Source: Catajapyx aquilonaris (Eukaryota). Taken from it: a DNA stretch of 27,152 nt. Positions 22,479 through 27,152 of this stretch are shown here, piece after piece. The DNA is taken from positions 62,001 to 89,152 of the forward strand of contig KZ538272.1 in the NCBI GenBank assembly GCA_000934665.2. Reading direction: 5' to 3'. A program made the position numbers and the translations under genes. How positions within the stretch are numbered: the stretch's first letter is position 1; the number at the start of each line of letters is the position of its first letter. The notes beneath the pieces were generated by a model. It saw only the letters and a list, made by a program, of their open reading frames with translations, was not told the origin of the DNA and did not search any database.

Positions 22479-22626
22479 TGGTTTATGATCACTGTTGTAG
22501 TTTCCCTGTAGCGAATTGTCACTAAAACCATTAGTTACTCCAACCCTGGAAGTCTCACCTAGTCAAGTAAAGCATGCAATAATGAAATGATATTTTCAGC
22601 TGTCTAACGTAAAAAAATAATTATCT

Positions 22627-25433
22627 TTATTTTCTCGTAATAAAATAAACTAAGATGATAGCGACTAGAGTCAGCAGAACTTGAGCACCTTGATAGAGCA
22701 GCTTGGGCGCAAAGACAGTCCAGACGAACAGATGGTGCCTCTGGAGCATCACCATGAAGAGGTACACGCTTGTAGGCAACGTCTGGACTCTTGCTAAGGC
22801 TCGGCATGCGCATGTAACTCTGCAGAAAAATGTTTCTTTCAGACTCGCTCAACACCCCAATCCGTACGTTGGACCATACTCACTCTTTAGTAGTGACCTT
22901 ATCCGCTTTGAGCAGGTAGTCCCAGAGGAGAAGGTAGCACAAGATGGGTCCAGTGAAGGTGTTGCAGACCATCAGAAACCCAACAACAGCAGGTACGTAC
23001 GATTGCAGACCAACGTATCCTGCAGACACGTCAATGGAAGCCAAGCTGTTTGAATTCCCCTGCAATAACAAGTCAGCAGCTGATCATTCTCCATTGCCAG
23101 CAAGCTATATAAAAATGTCAACTACCAGTAGTGCAATGTTACTAACCTGATAGAAGAAAGACACATGTCCATACCACAAAAATGCTATGGCCAGCATGTC
23201 TGGTTCATGGACGATGTACCTGAAGCTCCTCGACACTAGTTTTGCTTGCACCAAGTTCATGGCATGCATAAGCACATTGTGTGGCCGTAACAGTAGGGAG
23301 GTCAAAAGCACCAAACTCTTGATGGCGGATGGCACCGAAAACTTGTGCGCTAAAATTGTAGCCACAGCCACATATGCAGCCCAAGCCTCGATTTTGCCAT
23401 GGTGGCTTCCAACTACTTGAGGAATCAACATGCGTCCATTTGCTTCCTTGCACACGTATATCGCCACAAGTCCGGCCACAAACACGGCAGATTCAAAAAC
23501 ATCCCTGCCCACAAAAAGGGCAGCTATGATGCACAGCCCAACGACGAAGGCACATCCGAGCCACAGCTTGTGTTCAGGTTCATTGAGCCAATCACCAATG
23601 TCAGGGATGTGAGTCCATTTGTCTCCAGTTTGATTCCAATTTCGCAGTAGCAGGCGATGCAAAGCCAGGGCCAGGAAGGCACACATGGATTCCACCATGT
23701 AACCAGACATATAGTTTTTAAATAGGATGTACATGAGGAGGGTAGCCCACATGTAGTACCACGTCTGGTGCTCCTCTTCAATATAACTGCTAGACAACAG
23801 TGTCACCGAATGGATCACAGCCCCTGCGTACAGGATCAGTCTTACGGAAGAAACTGGCAACAGCGAGTACAGGTATTTGACAAGGGTGACTAAGCTGCAC
23901 AGTTCTCCAGCAGTTGACATATCTAGCCTGTGGTGTCGGGGAACAGAAGTCACACATAACAGTGAGAAGAAGCTGAGAAGGACGCCAAACACCATCAGCC
24001 TCTTGTCATACCTAACGACAAACCAACAACTGTTAACACACAATATCTGAATAGTTGTTGTAATAAGGATATAATTTGCACCAATACCTCACAAACATGT
24101 CCGCAAATGACTTCAGAGCACCAGATACATGGCGGTAGTGCAGTGATGCTAGATCTGAAATGGTATCATTATCGAACTTCCGCTCCAGTTGCCGCAGCCA
24201 CTGGCGATGCAGCTGCCACCCATGCGAATACTCCTCATCGGTTTGAACACTTCCGGCTCCATTTTGTTCCATGACTCGCATAACTTGACGCGCATTGTAG
24301 TTCATTGCATACAGCATTTGCCTCTTACTTAGCACTGATGACAGAACAGGGAAAATGGCTTGTCCAATGCTGTCATGCGGAATGGGCAAACCCGTCATTA
24401 TGGAAAGGGTCGCAGCCACGTCCACTTGATCAATTTCATCCGTGCTGATATGTCCACCTTTAGAAACAGTTAACGTTAAGGATTCTCAAACACATTAACA
24501 TATTAAGAGAGTAATGCAATTGAAGAATCACCTTTAAAAGCACGACTGGCAAAAACCATTGCAACGGAAGTCTCTTGGTGTGAAGCCCCGCCATGGCCAC
24601 CCTGCTGGCTCATCCCATGGTCACCACACACCACCATCAAGTCACGTTCACCCAACTCCATCCAAATCTTCTCAACAACACCATCCATCTCCGCCAACTT
24701 GGGTGCCACCAAAGTACTGTACGGTCCTGCCAGATGCCCAATATGATCGAGCCCCAAGTAGTGCAAAATCATCATATCCCAATCCGATCTGGCCAGTTCC
24801 CAATCCAGATGCCGGCTCACGTTATGGTCAACCTCAACGTAATCCTCAACGAAGAAGGAAGTGGTAGGATCGCTCCGGACGAAATGGCCTGGAAAGATCC
24901 TCGTCCAGGTGTCATCGCCGTAGAAGACAATCCGCCAACCGGCAGCCTTCGCCTGCGACAGAAAGTTGTCCCCTCGGAAGGTCACCGCACCTAAGTTGAA
25001 CATCACGTCTGCATACCCCGGGATATCCCCGCTCATCATAGCCTGAAATTTATTGTTGTTGTTGCAGTTATTATTATTATTAATTCTGCCATACAAATAC
25101 TTTGATCCTGGGCATGGTGACAGTGGGCGTGTGAGCCTTTCCGACAAACCCAAAGGCAGATCCGTCTTGTGTCAGGCCGTACAGTACGGGCATCCTCTCC
25201 GGCCCCTGGCTCCCATACAGGAAGTCTGCCCTGAAGGCGTCGATGAGCACCAGGACCACCCTGTCAAAGTGCCTCAGGTACAGGGTGCTCCCGTCCTCTC
25301 CAAGCCCTCCTGATCCGTGGTCCTGGTCCGTCGAGACCTCCAGCCCCGCGTGCTTGGTCGGGAGGAAGCCGGCCAGGAAGGCCAGCATGCCTAGGGTCTG
25401 CAGGACCATGGCCACCACGGCGCTCTTCCCCAT
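22627..25433 (-). CDS. PIGG: GPI ethanolamine phosphate transferase 2 (PIG-G / GPI7), complete, 6 exons, ~815 aa
   Basis: Exons 25433-25101, 25042-24532, 24457-24088, 24011-23147, 23059-22884, 22819-22627 (2448 nt, in frame). N-terminal TM ending FLAGFLP; alkaline-phosphatase-like domain VLIDAFRADF, PTVTMPRIKA, FYGDDTW, SFFVEDYVEVDHNV, ILHYLGLDHIGH, GDHGM, GGHGG. Multi-TM C-terminus WNQTGDKW, FFYQGNSNSLASID, RHHLFVWTVFAPKLLY. The exon-4 acceptor could instead be 24029. Confidence 0.93.
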
Positions 25434-25702
25434 CCCTTCCAGAAACTCTTCCAATCCGCATCAAAAATTATTTTCGAATGTTCGAGGCACATCGCCATGG
25501 AAATATACGGATCTAGTCGGATGCCTGTGCCAAAATGGCCGTCCATGTGTCATCAAATGTGTCATCATGGTCTTACACATGATCAATGGATAAGGAATTA
25601 CGCATTCGGGTGACGTCACATACATCTGGAATAAGAAGCCCGTTGCAGCTGCTGTCGGCCCTTGTGTCCGGCCCCGGGTCCTGCCCCTGGCTTAATCTGC
25701 AG
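25434..25702. promoter_or_regulatory. Putative bidirectional promoter of PIG-G and V-ATPase a, with a probable non-coding first exon of the V-ATPase gene ending at 25702
   Basis: Divergent genes. YY1/Pho-like AAAATGGC at 25532-25539, E-box CATGTG at 25544-25549, M-box-like CACATGA at 25576-25582, perfect CRE palindrome GTGACGTCAC at 25610-25619. Donor CAG|gtaaag at 25702/25703 pairs with acceptor ttacag| at 26313, 31 nt before the ATG. TSSs are not determinable from sequence. Confidence 0.6.
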
Positions 25703-25840
25703 GTAAAGGAGCTACGTTTTAACCGTATGTGCGAGCCACACAGCTCTAGTAGGTGGTGGTGGAAGTTCAGGTGGTTCAGCTGTCAGCATGCCGAATGGGT
25801 CAATACCGCAGTGTTCTAAAATGTAGATAATTATATAAAT

Positions 25841-26160
25841 CGGGAAGTTTGTCCGTTTGTATGTCGCTATCGGTCTCTACGTATCAAGCGGAAAGTTTGT
25901 CCGTATGTATGTCACTATCGGTCTCTATACATCAGGCGGAAAGTTTGTTCGTATGTATGTCGCTATGCTATCGGTCTCTACATATCAAGCAGAAAGTTTG
26001 GCCGCATGTATGTCGCTATCGGTCTCTATACATTAAGCAGAAAGTTTGTCCGTATGTATACATATGAAGCGGAAATGTCTGTATGTATGTCTGTAGTGGA
26101 AACATCTGTATGAATGTCTATATATATGAAGCGGAAGGTTTGTCCGTATGTATGTACGTC
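25841..26160. repeat. ~48-bp minisatellite (about 4.5 clear units plus degenerate ones), possibly amplified Helitron 5' ends
   Basis: GCGGAAAGTTTGTCCGTATGTATGTCGCTATCGGTCTCTATACATCAA-type units near 25841, 25888, 25936, 25989, 26037, with degenerate copies at 26069 and 26131. Confidence 0.88.
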
Positions 26161-26344
26161 GCGGCTACCTTACCCATTTGCAGACTACTGAGAGTGCTGA
26201 AACTTGGCTAGTCACTTTACATTATTAATTAAAGGGCGTTCACAGCCCAGCACGGGGTAAAATAAAAAATATGTAAAATATTTTTTTTTAATAATAATTT
26301 ATTAATATTACAGCGCTTGAAGTGTACCTGAGACAGAAGACAAG

Positions 26345-26892
26345 ATGGGGTCGCTTTTCCGCAGTGAGGAGATGTCCCTCTGCCAGCTGTTCTTACAGAG
26401 CGAGGCCGCTTATGCGTGCGTCTCGGAGTTGGGAGAGCTTGGCCTTGTCGAGTTCAGAGATGTGAGTAATGCACGCATTAAATGATGGGCGAATGACTAA
26501 TGCGTTCTCTTAAAATTATTAACAGCTGAATCCAGATGTGAATGCGTTCCAACGCAAGTTTGTTAATGAGGTCCGTCGGTGTGATGAGATGGAGCGAAAG
26601 TTGCGGTACCTGGAAAAGGAGATTAAGAAGGACGGAATACCCATGCTGGACACGGGGGAAAATCCGGAGGCGCCACAGCCACGCGAGATGATCGATCTGG
26701 AAGTATGTGACATGTCTTCAACATTATTGTGCATGATCTGTAACTGGATGTATTACTGTGCAGGCCACCTTTGAGAAGCTGGAGAATGAATTGCGGGAGG
26801 TGAATCAGAATGCTGAGGCCTTAAAGAGAAATTTTCTGGAACTAACGGAGCTGAAGCACATCTTGCGAAAGACCCAGGTGTTCTTCGACGAG
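26345..26892 (+). CDS. ATP6V0A1: V-type proton ATPase 116 kDa subunit a (V0 a1 / Vha100-like), 3'-partial; coding exons 26345-26461, 26526-26702, 26764-26892
   Basis: [128 protein letters not shown]; all phase-0 GT..AG introns; the gene continues past the window. Confidence 0.95.
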
Positions 26893-27152
26893 GTAAGTAC
26901 AGCGTAATACACCACCAGGTCATCTGTATGATGCATTAAATCCTGTTGGGCATGTTTCGTAGCCATTTACGTGGGACAAACAGTCTTGATTACTAGAACA
27001 TGTCATTGTTCTGCAAGCAACAGTCATTTTGTGGGTTACAGAAACTTGCATTAGATCTATTACTGACCACAGTTTTAAAGGCCATTTCACAAAAAAAATG
27101 TCGCGCGGCAAACGGCGCGACTTGCGGCAAATTTTATTGTTGCCAACAATTG

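Noticed and set aside
22703..25593. Plus-strand ORFs of 60-133 aa antisense to PIG-G
   Set aside because: Shadow ORFs of the coding strand with no independent protein features.

Overview
Eukaryotic (arthropod-like) genomic DNA with three spliced protein-coding genes. (1) A 5'-truncated Dscam-family cell-adhesion receptor on + (18 coding exons, 1434-22207). It runs Ig2-Ig9, FNIII 1-4, Ig10, FNIII 5-6, one TM helix and a cytoplasmic tail; the signal peptide and Ig1 lie upstream of the window. The exons equivalent to the hypervariable Dscam1 clusters (Ig2-N, Ig3-N, Ig7, TM) each appear once, so this looks like a non-hypervariable, Dscam2-like paralogue. It carries an unusual ~40-aa Ser/Gly/Tyr-rich insertion in Ig5. 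(2) A complete 6-exon GPI ethanolamine-phosphate transferase PIG-G gene on - (25433-22627, ~815 aa), convergent with Dscam. (3) The 5' end of a V-ATPase V0 subunit a gene on + (ATG 26345), head-to-head with PIG-G across a compact promoter. The introns hold a MITE nested in another MITE (3133-3654), a 122-bp tandem array with one inverted complementary copy just before the Ig7 exon, a 33-bp element repeated upstream of both the Ig3-N and Ig7 exons, a 48-bp Helitron-end-like minisatellite, and an 82-N assembly gap. All splice junctions were inferred by hand from GT/AG signals and phase continuity; no database searches were run.
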